Positions 37,604-47,631 of a stretch of 64,000 nt of DNA are shown here, piece by piece. Location of the stretch: assembly GCA_016932785.1 (NCBI GenBank), contig JAFGCJ010000002.1:529777-593776 (forward strand), given 5' to 3'. Position 1 is the first letter of the stretch. Each line of letters begins with the position of its first letter. Position numbers and translations under genes: made by a program. Origin of the DNA: Candidatus Dojkabacteria bacterium. Lineage in GTDB: Bacteria; Patescibacteriota; Dojkabacteria; SC72; JAFGCJ01. The notes under the pieces are model-generated. The model did not search any database. It worked only from the letters and a program-made list of their open reading frames with translations, and was not told the DNA's origin.

Positions 37604-39087
37604 TGAAAAAAATCCAGATAGATATGAAAAAAGATAGCCCCAAGGATTTGAGTCAAAAACTTCCAAGATTTGGATTTTTCCATAGAAGAAATCGTAGTAC
37701 TAAAAGCAAAATGAAGCCAATGGACCTAAGTTCCTCCAAAAACAGTAGAAAGAAGACTATTAAATGGATAATATTAGCCCTTGTCACGATCATTCTAGGG
37801 GTAGGCGGATACTACGGCTATCGTACCTATTCAGCTTTAAGAAAAAGCGGTATAGATCCAAATCCCGCAGGAACAATAAAAAATTTCATCACAAATGAAG
37901 ATCCGGAACTTAAGAAAGGTCCAAATAATATGACCTCAGTTCTACTCATCGGAATAGATACCCGTCCCACACAGCAAGGTCTCCAGAATACTGACACAAT
38001 AATGATCATCACGCTAAATCACAATACTGACGAAGTGACAATGCTGTCTATTCCCAGAGATACCTGGGTCGCTCATCCTAACTATCCTTCATACCACAGT
38101 AGGATAAATGCCATTTACAGCCTCTGTGAAAACGAGGAGAAAGGAACCGGATTGGCATGTCTTGTCGATGTTGTCCAATCTGTTACAAACATCGACATGC
38201 AGTATTACGGAATGATAGATATTGCGGGATTTGTTGAGATTATAGACTTGATGGGAGGAGTAGATGTCGAAGTAGAAAACGCGTTTACCGACTATATGTT
38301 CCCCAACCCTCAGGATTCAGGATATATAACGGTAAGTTTTGATGAGGGAATGCAGCATATGGATGGCGACACAGCAATGAAATTTGCACGATCAAGGCAC
38401 GCACAAAGTACTGAGGGATCGGACTTTGCCAGAGCTCGACGCCAACAAAAAATCATTATGGCAACGAAAGAAAAGGCTCTTTCGTCAGAAACACTAACAG
38501 ACCCGGGAAAGATACTGGAAATAATAGAAGAGCTTAGCGATAGCATAAAGGTATCAGACATAAAACTCGACGACATTCATGCAGCACTAATTGCCGCTAA
38601 GAAGGTTGACGAAGACTCTATGTACTCAATGGTTTTAGACCCAATGGCGGGTAACTGGACCCTCCTGGGCGAAGATCCATCTGCAGCCTATGTACTATAT
38701 CCAAAGGCAGGTATAGACAATTGGTCCGAAGTTCATAAGTTCGTTGACTCATATATTAAAAATCCAGCCCTATATTCAGAAAAGGCAACGATATATGTAT
38801 TTAACGGAGGCATAGGCTACTACCCTGCTCAAACAAAATATACAGAACTAGTTCAGAAATATCCCTATCTGAATATTAAATTTGGCGGAAATAAGCCTGT
38901 ACAGACATATACAGGAACATCAATCGTTAGTTTCTCCGATAAGAAGAAAATAGCCACTCTCGAGGCACTCGAAGAATTCTTTGGAACAGAAACTCTAGAA
39001 AATGTGCCCCAAGGAACAACAAACCCATACGCAGAGGATATAGAAATTATTCTTGGACAGCCAGAAACACAGCCGGCAGCTCAGTAG
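37603..39087 (+). CDS. LytR-CpsA-Psr (LCP) family cell-envelope phosphotransferase
   Basis: TM anchor, VLLIGIDTRP...NTDTIMIITLN...MLSIPRDTWV, then FARSRHA...SDFARARRQQ. Confidence 0.85.
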   Translation: MKKIQIDMKKDSPKDLSQKLPRFGFFHRRNRSTKSKMKPMDLSSSKNSRKKTIKWIILALVTIILGVGGYYGYRTYSALRKSGIDPNPAGTIKNFITNEDPELKKGPNNMTSVLLIGIDTRPTQQGLQNTDTIMIITLNHNTDEVTMLSIPRDTWVAHPNYPSYHSRINAIYSLCENEEKGTGLACLVDVVQSVTNIDMQYYGMIDIAGFVEIIDLMGGVDVEVENAFTDYMFPNPQDSGYITVSFDEGMQHMDGDTAMKFARSRHAQSTEGSDFARARRQQKIIMATKEKALSSETLTDPGKILEIIEELSDSIKVSDIKLDDIHAALIAAKKVDEDSMYSMVLDPMAGNWTLLGEDPSAAYVLYPKAGIDNWSEVHKFVDSYIKNPALYSEKATIYVFNGGIGYYPAQTKYTELVQKYPYLNIKFGGNKPVQTYTGTSIVSFSDKKKIATLEALEEFFGTETLENVPQGTTNPYAEDIEIILGQPETQPAAQ

Positions 39088-39104
39088 TTCACAATTTATT
39101 AAAA

Positions 39105-40052
39105 ATGTTAAAACTCCTTCACGGAAAAAACTCATTCTTAAGTCTTCAAGAGGCACAAAACCTTATTTCAAAAATAAAAGATAGAAATACCCAAAAGAAT
39201 GAAGACTTCGAAGTCAGAATAATAGATGCCTCAGAAAAAGACGCTGACTACATCATAAACGAGATCGAAACCCCCGATCTGCTAAGCAGGAATAAGATTA
39301 TCCTTCTGAAAAGATATACCCAAAACAGCGAATCAGATAAACTTCAAGATTTTCTAATCGAGCTTTCTTCAAGAGACCAGGATAATATTGACTTAATAAT
39401 ATGGGAAGACCAGAAACTCCGCTCAAATTCCAAGATAGTCGGTGCTTATAAAAAGATAGACGCCGTATTCGAAAGTCCCGATCTAAACAAAAGAACCTTT
39501 CTCAGATGGGCAAAAGAATACCTTAGTAAAAACGAAATCGTCATTGACAACAGAGCAACTCATCTTCTCTCTGAGAGAGTTAACTATGATCCAGAAAGAT
39601 TAACAAGAGAAACATCCAAGCTGAAGCTACTCGGAAAGGGTGCCATAACTGAAGAAGACATCGAAAAAATATGCCCGGACACTCTTGAACATGATATATG
39701 GGAAATGATCAATTTCATCAACAATAACGAAACCAAAGAAGCAGGAAAATCTCTTAAGAAAATTGTCCGCCAAGGAATTGACCCTATTTTTATTCTTCTC
39801 ATGCTGGCAAGAAATATGAGAATCATCCTTCTCACAAAGGTTTTAACTGAAAGAGGACTTTCTACATCCGAAATAGCAAGAAAAATTAAGGTTCCGCCAT
39901 TTACAATAAATCAAATAAAAAATATCTCCAGACAGACAAGCTACACAAAAATTAAGAAAATTTATGAAAAAATCTGCAATATAGACTACTTCGGTAAGAC
40001 TGGCCAACTGGACGTAGAGCTTGCTTTAAACATTCTTTTAAGTGTAATATGA
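39105..40052 (+). CDS. holA: DNA polymerase III delta subunit
   Basis: The size is right (315 aa). The N-terminal LLHGKNSFL and a helical C-terminal domain match delta-subunit layout. The sequence signal is weaker than for the other calls. Confidence 0.6.
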   Translation: MLKLLHGKNSFLSLQEAQNLISKIKDRNTQKNEDFEVRIIDASEKDADYIINEIETPDLLSRNKIILLKRYTQNSESDKLQDFLIELSSRDQDNIDLIIWEDQKLRSNSKIVGAYKKIDAVFESPDLNKRTFLRWAKEYLSKNEIVIDNRATHLLSERVNYDPERLTRETSKLKLLGKGAITEEDIEKICPDTLEHDIWEMINFINNNETKEAGKSLKKIVRQGIDPIFILLMLARNMRIILLTKVLTERGLSTSEIARKIKVPPFTINQIKNISRQTSYTKIKKIYEKICNIDYFGKTGQLDVELALNILLSVI

Positions 40053-40056
40053 AGCT

Positions 40057-42261
40057 ATGAAACCGAAATCCAAGACCCGACCATTTCTCATTGCTGCGAT
40101 AGTCCTCATTGTAATACTCGGAGGAATTGGAATTTACATTGCATACACGATATACAGAACCGAACAGGTCACTCCGGAAGAGTCTGAAGCTGCTACTTGC
40201 TGTAGTTGTAAATGGGTTGACCCTTCACAAAAAAATGATCCCTACAGCTATAACATTGCTCACGCAAGAGGCGTTATCGAGAACGATGGAAAATGCCATT
40301 TTGTATCGGGAATACCAGAGAGCGCCCCCGGCGATGTCGAGAAAGCAAATCCCAGCACCTGTGTCGACGTAAAAGCCAAAAGCAGAGATGATCTATGCGA
40401 TGCATATGAAAGAGATAAAGACAAACTATGCTGTATGTACGAAGACGATGAAGGTAACTGCGTAAAGCATCCCTGTTGCGGAAGCAGTAACAAAAAGCTC
40501 TGTTATGGGTGTTTCGACAAATGGTCCGCAGTAACAGCAACAATACCGTGTGAACCCGGTTGTATTGCCAGCAGCTCAAACCCTCCGTTTAATCCGTCTG
40601 ATCTTACGGGAGAAGTTACTTTTACCGGAGAATTTGAGCTTAAATATGCACTTCCGGGTAATAGCAAATATACCCAGGCAGAATTACACTTTGTATATCC
40701 TTCAGGAATGACTGCCCCAGATCCGATTACTGTTGAGGTTCAGGAGTCTATGGTCACAAACAGCTATAATGAAAACGGAAACAGCAACAAACCTATTAAA
40801 ATATACACAATCCCCTTCGAGACCACATGGGACCAAGTGGTAGATCCAACCCAAAGAGGGACCTACCGGGTTAGATTAAGAGCTCTAGATGAGGCAGGAG
40901 AATGGACCAGTTATGTTGAGCTTTGCACATTTGAATACGTAATAAACGAAATTATCGAATCAGACGATTACTGTACTAATCTCGATATAGCACCGACAAA
41001 CGGTACAGGTGAAGTTACTTCTACCCTGGAAGTCGATGCTGATCTGAGAGAGGGGGCTGATATTGTTCTCCACTGGATGCTCGACCTCAACTGTGATGGA
41101 GAAATAGACGAATCTATCGAAGGTGAAGAGGCTGAATCTTTTACAGTCACGGGAACAGCAGATACTATAGATACCTCGATTTCAAGAACATTTAGATACC
41201 CCGAGGGCGAGGATGGCAATGTAACTTGCAGCGCATCAGTAAGAGTCGAAGCTGATGGCGTTTTTCTAAGCGAAATTAGTGAGGGAGCATGCTCAGGAAA
41301 TGTAACTCTTTCTCAGGCATCACCAGATTGCGGAAATGGCACATGCGAAGAAGGTGAAACATGTGATCCCGAAGGCAATGTCTCTTGTGTTGGAGAAATT
41401 CCTGAAGGCCAAACATGTCGAGATGACTGTACATATTGCGGTGATGGAACTCTAGACTCACAGGAAGAATGCGACCCAGGAATAACAGACCCCGAAGATC
41501 CGGGATATAACGCCGATTGTTCAGAAGATTGCGAATTCGGTGAAGGACCAGAACAACCCACCGGAGAAACCGAATTCACCGTGGTAAAAGATGGCCCGGA
41601 TTGCGTCGAACTTGTCTCTCCAAACAATGTAGCGTCTTTCACACTTACAGTTACAAATAATTCAGATACATCAGAGCAGATTAGGGCAGTTTCTGATGCC
41701 CTACCCCTAGGATTTACCTACAATAACGGGAGTAGCTCAATTAACGGAGCCGCTAATCCAAATGATGATGGAGTTGTCCTTGAGACTGTAGATAACAGCC
41801 AACTAATAACATGGAACAACCTAGGAGAAGGATGGACTATTGCCGGAAACGGTGGAACACTCGTAATCACATTTAGTGCAACAGCAGGTCCGAACACCAT
41901 AATAGGAACTCAGACAAATAGAGTAACTGTAACTCCATCTGATGGTGATCCGATCCCAGCGGAATATGAATTCATGGCCGCACAGGTCTGTGAACAACCA
42001 GAAACAGGAATATTCAGCCGCAACGTTGTGATAATTCTTGCGGGATCGGGCCTTCTTGTTCTTGCTGCAACAGCCTACTACACCGGAATTGGGACAAAAC
42101 AGACCTCGGAGGTTCTTGTAAAGCTCTCGGGATTGAGAGATGACTTAATGCTGGGAATTACTCAACCTCAGAAGCTTGCAGAAAAGAAGATGGAGAGAAG
42201 TGCACTTAAGAAAATCTCACGCAGGATAAATGGCAAGAAGAAAGGCAAGAAAAAACACTAA
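40057..42261 (+). CDS. 734-aa Cys-rich surface protein (Cys-rich CGNG/CGDG repeats, DUF11-like domain, C-terminal TM plus basic tail)
   Basis: N-terminal TM/signal segment, repeats CGNGTCEEGETCDPEG and YCGDGTLDSQEECDPG (myxococcal-type Cys-rich repeat pattern), and FTLTVTNNSDT...LPLGFTY (DUF11-like). QPETG at 41995-42009 is followed by the TM helix VVIILAGSGLLVLAATAYY and a 60-aa Lys-rich tail. Confidence 0.7.
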   Translation: MKPKSKTRPFLIAAIVLIVILGGIGIYIAYTIYRTEQVTPEESEAATCCSCKWVDPSQKNDPYSYNIAHARGVIENDGKCHFVSGIPESAPGDVEKANPSTCVDVKAKSRDDLCDAYERDKDKLCCMYEDDEGNCVKHPCCGSSNKKLCYGCFDKWSAVTATIPCEPGCIASSSNPPFNPSDLTGEVTFTGEFELKYALPGNSKYTQAELHFVYPSGMTAPDPITVEVQESMVTNSYNENGNSNKPIKIYTIPFETTWDQVVDPTQRGTYRVRLRALDEAGEWTSYVELCTFEYVINEIIESDDYCTNLDIAPTNGTGEVTSTLEVDADLREGADIVLHWMLDLNCDGEIDESIEGEEAESFTVTGTADTIDTSISRTFRYPEGEDGNVTCSASVRVEADGVFLSEISEGACSGNVTLSQASPDCGNGTCEEGETCDPEGNVSCVGEIPEGQTCRDDCTYCGDGTLDSQEECDPGITDPEDPGYNADCSEDCEFGEGPEQPTGETEFTVVKDGPDCVELVSPNNVASFTLTVTNNSDTSEQIRAVSDALPLGFTYNNGSSSINGAANPNDDGVVLETVDNSQLITWNNLGEGWTIAGNGGTLVITFSATAGPNTIIGTQTNRVTVTPSDGDPIPAEYEFMAAQVCEQPETGIFSRNVVIILAGSGLLVLAATAYYTGIGTKQTSEVLVKLSGLRDDLMLGITQPQKLAEKKMERSALKKISRRINGKKKGKKKH

Positions 42262-44269
42262 AAAGAAAACAACCATAAGGATTCCACTTGCCCCGTTTTC
42301 AAACAAAGCTATTGTTACAACAGTAACAGGTATATCTGTTTTCGTACTCGGTGTATCACTATTCACCATACCACTAATCTTCATAAGTGAATTCAACTAC
42401 GAATTTGATTTCCCGAAATACTGCGTCATTATTTTTTCTGGGATAATACTCGGGGTTCTATTCATAGTAAGGACAATTCTTACAACAAAGAAGTCTCTGC
42501 TTCAATCACCAATCATAATTCTTGTAATAACATTCCTACTAACATATATTCTTTCCTCTATCTTTTCCTTAAGCCCAATTGTCAGCATTATTGGACTTCA
42601 CGGAAAATGGATTCTCGGTCTGCTATCGGTGATCTGTTTCTGTATTATTACAATTGTCACAGCAAATGTCGTAAATCCGAAAAAAGATCTGGAGATAATA
42701 TCCTGGTTTGTCACTCTTTCCTGTATGCTGGGATTGTCAGCTGCATTAATATCCAGATACATTTTAAAAGATGACATTTTCTTTATCGATCATCGTCTTT
42801 CATCTACAGAGGGTCACCCGATTCATATGGGCATTTTCCTGTCTTTAGCATTTCCTTTAACTACGGGTCTAATAGATAAATACCAAAAAATATATATCAG
42901 GATATTCTTAATTGTAATACTTGCAATGGAGATTTTCTCAATCATTCTTACTTTTTCTAGAGGGGCATGGCTCGCCTGCTTACTGGGAGCAATTTTCTTC
43001 GTAATTTATCTTATTAGAAAGACCTCAGACAAACGAAAGCGTATTGGAATAACCCTTATAGCATTTACACTCTTACTCCTTACCTTCTTAGTACCCAAGA
43101 CTGCGAGTAGATTATCAGAAACGTGGAAAACAGAAAGAGAGGAGAATTCAGTTTCCATAAGGCTGTCCGAATGGAAATCGACTTTGCAGGTCTTTGCAGA
43201 AAGACCTCTTACAGGAACCGGACCGGAAATGCTTTACACCAGGCTTCCCAAATACCGGGAAAAATGGTTGAACAAAACTCCAGACTGGGTTCTAAACACA
43301 GCATACACAAGAAACACTTATCTTCACCTTCTAGCAACTGTTGGAGTCATCGGAACCCTACCCTTCCTCGGACTGGCACTATTTATAATAATCAAGCTTC
43401 TGAGAAGAATGTTTTCCTTTGACATGTTGAGTTTTGGCTTTTCGGTGGCAATGCTGATATGGTTTTTCAATTTACTACACTACCATCCAACTCCATCATC
43501 ATTTCTCTTTGGGGCAGTATTAATTGGAATAACAACATGTCTTCTAGCTCCACCCAAAAGGATATACACCACCAAGAAAATCCCGGGTACCCTAGTATTG
43601 ATAGTTCCTGTAATACTGTCAGTCTTAGCTTTCTGGTCTGCAGGTAACTATATCTCAGCAGAATATCTCTTCAGCAAATCTCTTAGTCAAAGTCCAGGTG
43701 CAGCCATATCAACTCTCATCGAGACAATAAGAAGGAATCCATACGAACAAGTGTATTACAGACAAAAGGCATACTTTCTCTATACATTTCTGGAAGAAAA
43801 TACCGAATACGTTCCCAAAACAGAAACCACAAATCAAATAAAAAGTGCCTTAAAATCAGCACTTACCCTTAACATTCATGACCCAAATACCTACGAAACC
43901 ACAGGAAATATTCTCTACAAACTGGATCTACTATACCCAAACGATAAATATATTGACCAAGCAATCCCATATGGAGAGAAGGCTATCGAGCTTGATCCCA
44001 ACCACCCAGTACCTCATGACTCTCTAGGGTTGTACTATATGGAAGCCAAACGTTATAACTCGGCAATTAAGGAATTCGATAAAGCGATAGAGCTAAAGGA
44101 CGACTTCTGGGGAAGCTACCTCCACAAGTCAGAGGTCTTGATCCAACAGGAACACTATGAGGAAGCCCTGGAATACCTGGAAACCGTTAGAGACAAAAGT
44201 CTTAACCCATTACAGGTAAATCTTGCAGTGCAAAGAATATCATACCTAAAGGGATTGAAGTCAGACTAA
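42230..44269 (+). CDS. O-antigen-ligase-like (Wzy_C) polytopic membrane protein with C-terminal TPR repeats
   Basis: At least 10 TM helices, a Wzy_C-like segment FSRGAWLACLLGAIFF, and C-terminal TPR repeats (AIELDPNHPVPHDSLGLYYMEAKRYNSAIKEFDKAIEL). Confidence 0.75.
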   Translation: MARRKARKNTKKKTTIRIPLAPFSNKAIVTTVTGISVFVLGVSLFTIPLIFISEFNYEFDFPKYCVIIFSGIILGVLFIVRTILTTKKSLLQSPIIILVITFLLTYILSSIFSLSPIVSIIGLHGKWILGLLSVICFCIITIVTANVVNPKKDLEIISWFVTLSCMLGLSAALISRYILKDDIFFIDHRLSSTEGHPIHMGIFLSLAFPLTTGLIDKYQKIYIRIFLIVILAMEIFSIILTFSRGAWLACLLGAIFFVIYLIRKTSDKRKRIGITLIAFTLLLLTFLVPKTASRLSETWKTEREENSVSIRLSEWKSTLQVFAERPLTGTGPEMLYTRLPKYREKWLNKTPDWVLNTAYTRNTYLHLLATVGVIGTLPFLGLALFIIIKLLRRMFSFDMLSFGFSVAMLIWFFNLLHYHPTPSSFLFGAVLIGITTCLLAPPKRIYTTKKIPGTLVLIVPVILSVLAFWSAGNYISAEYLFSKSLSQSPGAAISTLIETIRRNPYEQVYYRQKAYFLYTFLEENTEYVPKTETTNQIKSALKSALTLNIHDPNTYETTGNILYKLDLLYPNDKYIDQAIPYGEKAIELDPNHPVPHDSLGLYYMEAKRYNSAIKEFDKAIELKDDFWGSYLHKSEVLIQQEHYEEALEYLETVRDKSLNPLQVNLAVQRISYLKGLKSD

Positions 44270-44680
44270 TCACTCGCTAAGAGTAAGAACCTCCAATGCT
44301 CTTCCATTCCTTCCAAATGCTATATCATCCGACATAACCCAGAAATAGTACTTTCTTCCTGGTACCAACTGTCCTACTCTTACCTTATGAAACTCCGTCG
44401 GCTCGGCACCTTTCACATCCTGAGCGAGAAGGGAGATTGAACTACTTGTATCGCCGTACTTAACATAACCAGCAACGGAGTCCCGAGTTTCCCATTCCAC
44501 AACAAAATAATCTGAACCTGTCTCGGTTATTTTCATAGATCTTGGCCTAATTCTTTCAATGCCCTCCTCCTCACCTCCAGATACTTCAACATCTCTCTTA
44601 AAGACGGCAACATAAAGAATCGACGCCAGAGTACCTGTAAGAACAAGAATTACAATTATCCAAGGAATGAATTTTTTCAT
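44270..44680 (-). CDS. membrane-anchored FN3 / purple-acid-phosphatase-N-like domain protein
   Basis: N-terminal TM helix IPWIIVILVLTGTLASILYVAVF. The domain reads FVVEWETRDSVAGYVKYGDT...HKVRVGQLVPGRKYYFWV. Its start overlaps the upstream gene by 4 nt. Confidence 0.65.
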   Translation of the reverse strand: MKKFIPWIIVILVLTGTLASILYVAVFKRDVEVSGGEEEGIERIRPRSMKITETGSDYFVVEWETRDSVAGYVKYGDTSSSISLLAQDVKGAEPTEFHKVRVGQLVPGRKYYFWVMSDDIAFGRNGRALEVLTLSE

Positions 44681-45447
44681 ATCTTCACACTTCTCTTTTT
44701 AACAACTCTACCATCACCGACTCTAAAGCTGATCTGGCGACCTTTGGAGTAGTTAACACCTGTCATAACCCTATCAACAAGTCCAAATCTCGCATCAGCC
44801 AAAAGGAAGAAAGCCACACAAACAATCCCAGCTCCAAATGATAATGCCAAAACCCCTTTACTGATAGCGGTATCCGGCAAAGTCGTTGCAGATTCTCCAA
44901 GTACCTCAGGAATATTCATATCCGAAAGATTGCTGCTGACCAAATCATCTCCAGCAGACAAGGTACTTCCATCGTTTGACACCTCTGTCGTAGTCTCTCG
45001 CGACGGACTTGAACTGACAACCCTGGAACTCTGAACTCCAAGCACTCCTCCCTCAACAGAAATCTTGAACTTCTGAGTGTCAAGCCATTTTCCATCGCTA
45101 ACCGATATCTCCACATCGAAATCACCAGTATCATCTGTACCGGGACGACCATCAAAAAGTTTCAAATCAGAATCCCAATCGAGCCAGTCAGGCTTATTAT
45201 TAACAATGTATTCAAGTTCGTCACCATCATCGTCCACCGCTTTGACGGTATAGCTATATTTCTCATTTACCGAAATTTCTGTTACCGGAATTGAAACTAT
45301 TCTTGGAACAGAAATGTTTGTTGATTCCTCCTCTGCAGCCTGATTTCTCACATCAAAATCTGATGACCTTGAAACAAGGGAATAAACTGTGACGGGAACG
45401 GCAAATCCAAGAACAAAAACAAGTACTGCCATCCAGAACTTTTTCAT
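44677..45447 (-). CDS. secreted Ig-like (He_PIG) domain protein with LPDTA motif, TM and C-terminal tail
   Basis: Signal peptide MKKFWMAVLVFVLGFAVPVTVYS. The domain reads YSYTVKAVDDDGDELEYIVNNKPDWLDW...GDFDVEISVSDG. LPDTA at 44866-44880 is followed by the TM helix GVLALSFGAGIVCVAFFLLA. Confidence 0.7.
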   Translation of the reverse strand: MKKFWMAVLVFVLGFAVPVTVYSLVSRSSDFDVRNQAAEEESTNISVPRIVSIPVTEISVNEKYSYTVKAVDDDGDELEYIVNNKPDWLDWDSDLKLFDGRPGTDDTGDFDVEISVSDGKWLDTQKFKISVEGGVLGVQSSRVVSSSPSRETTTEVSNDGSTLSAGDDLVSSNLSDMNIPEVLGESATTLPDTAISKGVLALSFGAGIVCVAFFLLADARFGLVDRVMTGVNYSKGRQISFRVGDGRVVKKRSVKI

Positions 45448-45487
45448 GCTACCAGTTTATCACAGAAAAAGCAGTTTGGGCAAAGGT

Positions 45488-45991
45488 TTAGAGATTTTTG
45501 ACAAAGATTTTTTCTTGAGGTTTCTCTGCCAATGTAAGAAATCCCGCACGTGGCGTTCTAAGAGGCTCTCTTTCTATACATCCAAGCATTTTTCCTAATG
45601 GCACCCCGCCACCATACGAAACAACACCCGGAAAGACGACAAGCCTCCTAACTTCACGCTCTTTCATAAAGGTAGATAAACCTGAAACCATTGGAACAAA
45701 ATGATCAGATAGGATGTCGCTTTTGGCCACACAACCGTTTTCCGCTTCATCCCAATCAAGTGAATGTAAAACTAAAGACATTCCAATCCCATAACGAATC
45801 TCCTGTTCAACTCTGAATTGAACACAAAACCCAACTGGAAGAGCAAGTTCCGGACTCGGTCTTACAATTATTTCTGAATCAAGAAGTTTTTCCTCATCGA
45901 TTGAAAAAACACCTACGTCGTACTTTGACCCAAGTGCAGTTTGGACATCCGATTCTAAGCTTGTTTTGTTATCAAAATCCGGTTGGATCAT
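45488..45991 (-). CDS. orphan 'GFxW-module' family protein, member A (167 aa)
   Basis: It shares three motifs with members B-E: VGFCVQFRVEQ, SLVLHSLDWDEAEN and VRRLVVFPGV. No signal peptide or TM helix. Confidence 0.7.
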   Translation of the reverse strand: MIQPDFDNKTSLESDVQTALGSKYDVGVFSIDEEKLLDSEIIVRPSPELALPVGFCVQFRVEQEIRYGIGMSLVLHSLDWDEAENGCVAKSDILSDHFVPMVSGLSTFMKEREVRRLVVFPGVVSYGGGVPLGKMLGCIEREPLRTPRAGFLTLAEKPQEKIFVKNL

Positions 45992-46034
45992 TTCTCAGAA
46001 GTAAAAAAATCAAAAGGCCCAAAGAACTTGAGCT

Positions 46035-47027
46035 CTATATCTCACGTACGAGACAAAAACTTTGTTCCTTTCCATCCTCTCTTCTCAACGCAACATCCTC
46101 ACATCCTAAGCGTTCTGCCAATTCCACAGTTCTCCGATCATAGGTTGAATGAGCAGGAAAAACCAACAAGTCCAGTCCTTTCTCAGGAAAAATCTGAAGC
46201 ATACCATTTAACACACGAAGTACCTCATCCACCAGAGAATCTCCGCCGTCATTCCCCCATTTAATTACCGATACCTCGACAGCCCCCCGATCAAGACCAG
46301 GATAGCTAGAATAATGCGGTGTCAACCTGAAATCATACTGAGGAATGAAAGACCAACCCTCATACATTGCAGTCCGTGGAATCGCCGAAATACCAACAGA
46401 ATCAGCAACAATAGACCCATAATCGCATCCATCAGGATAACACGTAAGCGACCTTTCTCCAGAATACATAGCAACCGTCTCAGCAAATCCCAAAAAACCA
46501 TCAGCGGGAGATATACCAGCATAATGTTCAACACCAATAGGTCTCGTTTCAAAAAAGTCCACTACTTTGTCACTATCTCTACGCGATCCTCCTATACACA
46601 GGGTATTAAATTGAAAATCCCTCAAACAACAAACCAATCCGGGAACTATTGCGACCCTACCAGGAACTGATATTCTGTCAACTCCACTCCTACTCATAGC
46701 ACCCATGAGTCTTCTGAACAAGTCACTAACATAAATACGCGCTATATCATCGCAAGCCTCATCCCCTGGATCAATCCCAGTCCATTCAAATCCGTTCAAA
46801 ACTAAGGTCCTATCAGAACAAGGAACGCCATGGTTTGGTTCGTCTACAATTTCGAAACCTAGCTCAAATAAACCACTAGGTTCACCACCGCTATCTGGAA
46901 TAGCTTTCCCGGACAATATCACCCCATCTGCCGGTTCATCGAGCGAAAGAGTATAATCTTCCCCGAAAGAAATTCCCATTTCCCCGGAAATATGATCTCT
47001 TACCGTTCCATTAGCTTCTGCACTCAT
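46035..47027 (-). CDS. orphan 'GFxW-module' family protein, member B (330 aa, long form)
   Basis: SGLFELGFEIVD, TLVLNGFEWTGIDPGD and SGVDRISVPGR, then a middle LTCYPDG block, and a second degenerate copy VEVSVIKWGNDGGDS...KGLDLLVFPAH. It has 5 Lys against 23 Arg. Confidence 0.75.
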   Translation of the reverse strand: MSAEANGTVRDHISGEMGISFGEDYTLSLDEPADGVILSGKAIPDSGGEPSGLFELGFEIVDEPNHGVPCSDRTLVLNGFEWTGIDPGDEACDDIARIYVSDLFRRLMGAMSRSGVDRISVPGRVAIVPGLVCCLRDFQFNTLCIGGSRRDSDKVVDFFETRPIGVEHYAGISPADGFLGFAETVAMYSGERSLTCYPDGCDYGSIVADSVGISAIPRTAMYEGWSFIPQYDFRLTPHYSSYPGLDRGAVEVSVIKWGNDGGDSLVDEVLRVLNGMLQIFPEKGLDLLVFPAHSTYDRRTVELAERLGCEDVALRREDGKEQSFCLVREI

Positions 47028-47052
47028 ATAAATTGAAATCAGAATTTAATTA

Positions 47053-47535
47053 TTAGCTTGAATTGGCTAACTTCATGACATAATTACGGCTCTGGAAAAA
47101 AATAGTGTCTTCTACGCTACCATTCTCACCATTTCTTCTCAGGCAACCTAACAATTCAGGAAATTTGGACATACCTGTCACTCCAGCAATCATTCCTGGA
47201 ACAATAAGTTCGGTAAGCCCGAAAGTGGCCGCTATTTCTCCGACTTTTCTCACCGAGGGAACAATTTTATCAGTAAGCAATGCCTCAGTATCAGCATCAG
47301 GCAACCAAGAAAATCCATCAACCAATAGATGAAGATCACCATTTGCACCATCTGAAGTACCGACTTCGAAATTCATCGACCAGCCACAAGGGTTTCCGCA
47401 TAAAGAAAATTTCGTTCCAACAAGAGTATCTCCGTCGGGTATTTCCGGACTAAATTCCACTCCCATCTCACTCATCCGACCATCCAAAACAGCAGCAAGT
47501 GCCCCAGCTCCACTTTTTTCCTCACAGGCCATCAT
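47053..47535 (-). CDS. orphan 'GFxW-module' family protein, member C (160 aa)
   Basis: CGWSMNFEVGT, LHLLVDGFSWLPDAD and FGLTELIVPGM. Confidence 0.7.
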   Translation of the reverse strand: MMACEEKSGAGALAAVLDGRMSEMGVEFSPEIPDGDTLVGTKFSLCGNPCGWSMNFEVGTSDGANGDLHLLVDGFSWLPDADTEALLTDKIVPSVRKVGEIAATFGLTELIVPGMIAGVTGMSKFPELLGCLRRNGENGSVEDTIFFQSRNYVMKLANSS

Positions 47536-47631
47536 CTTCAGCGCGATAAAATATTATAGGGTTATTTTACCATGGTTGTCGCCGCACAACAACGCCAATA
47601 CATGGCTAACACGCCTTGTGATTATAAAAGT

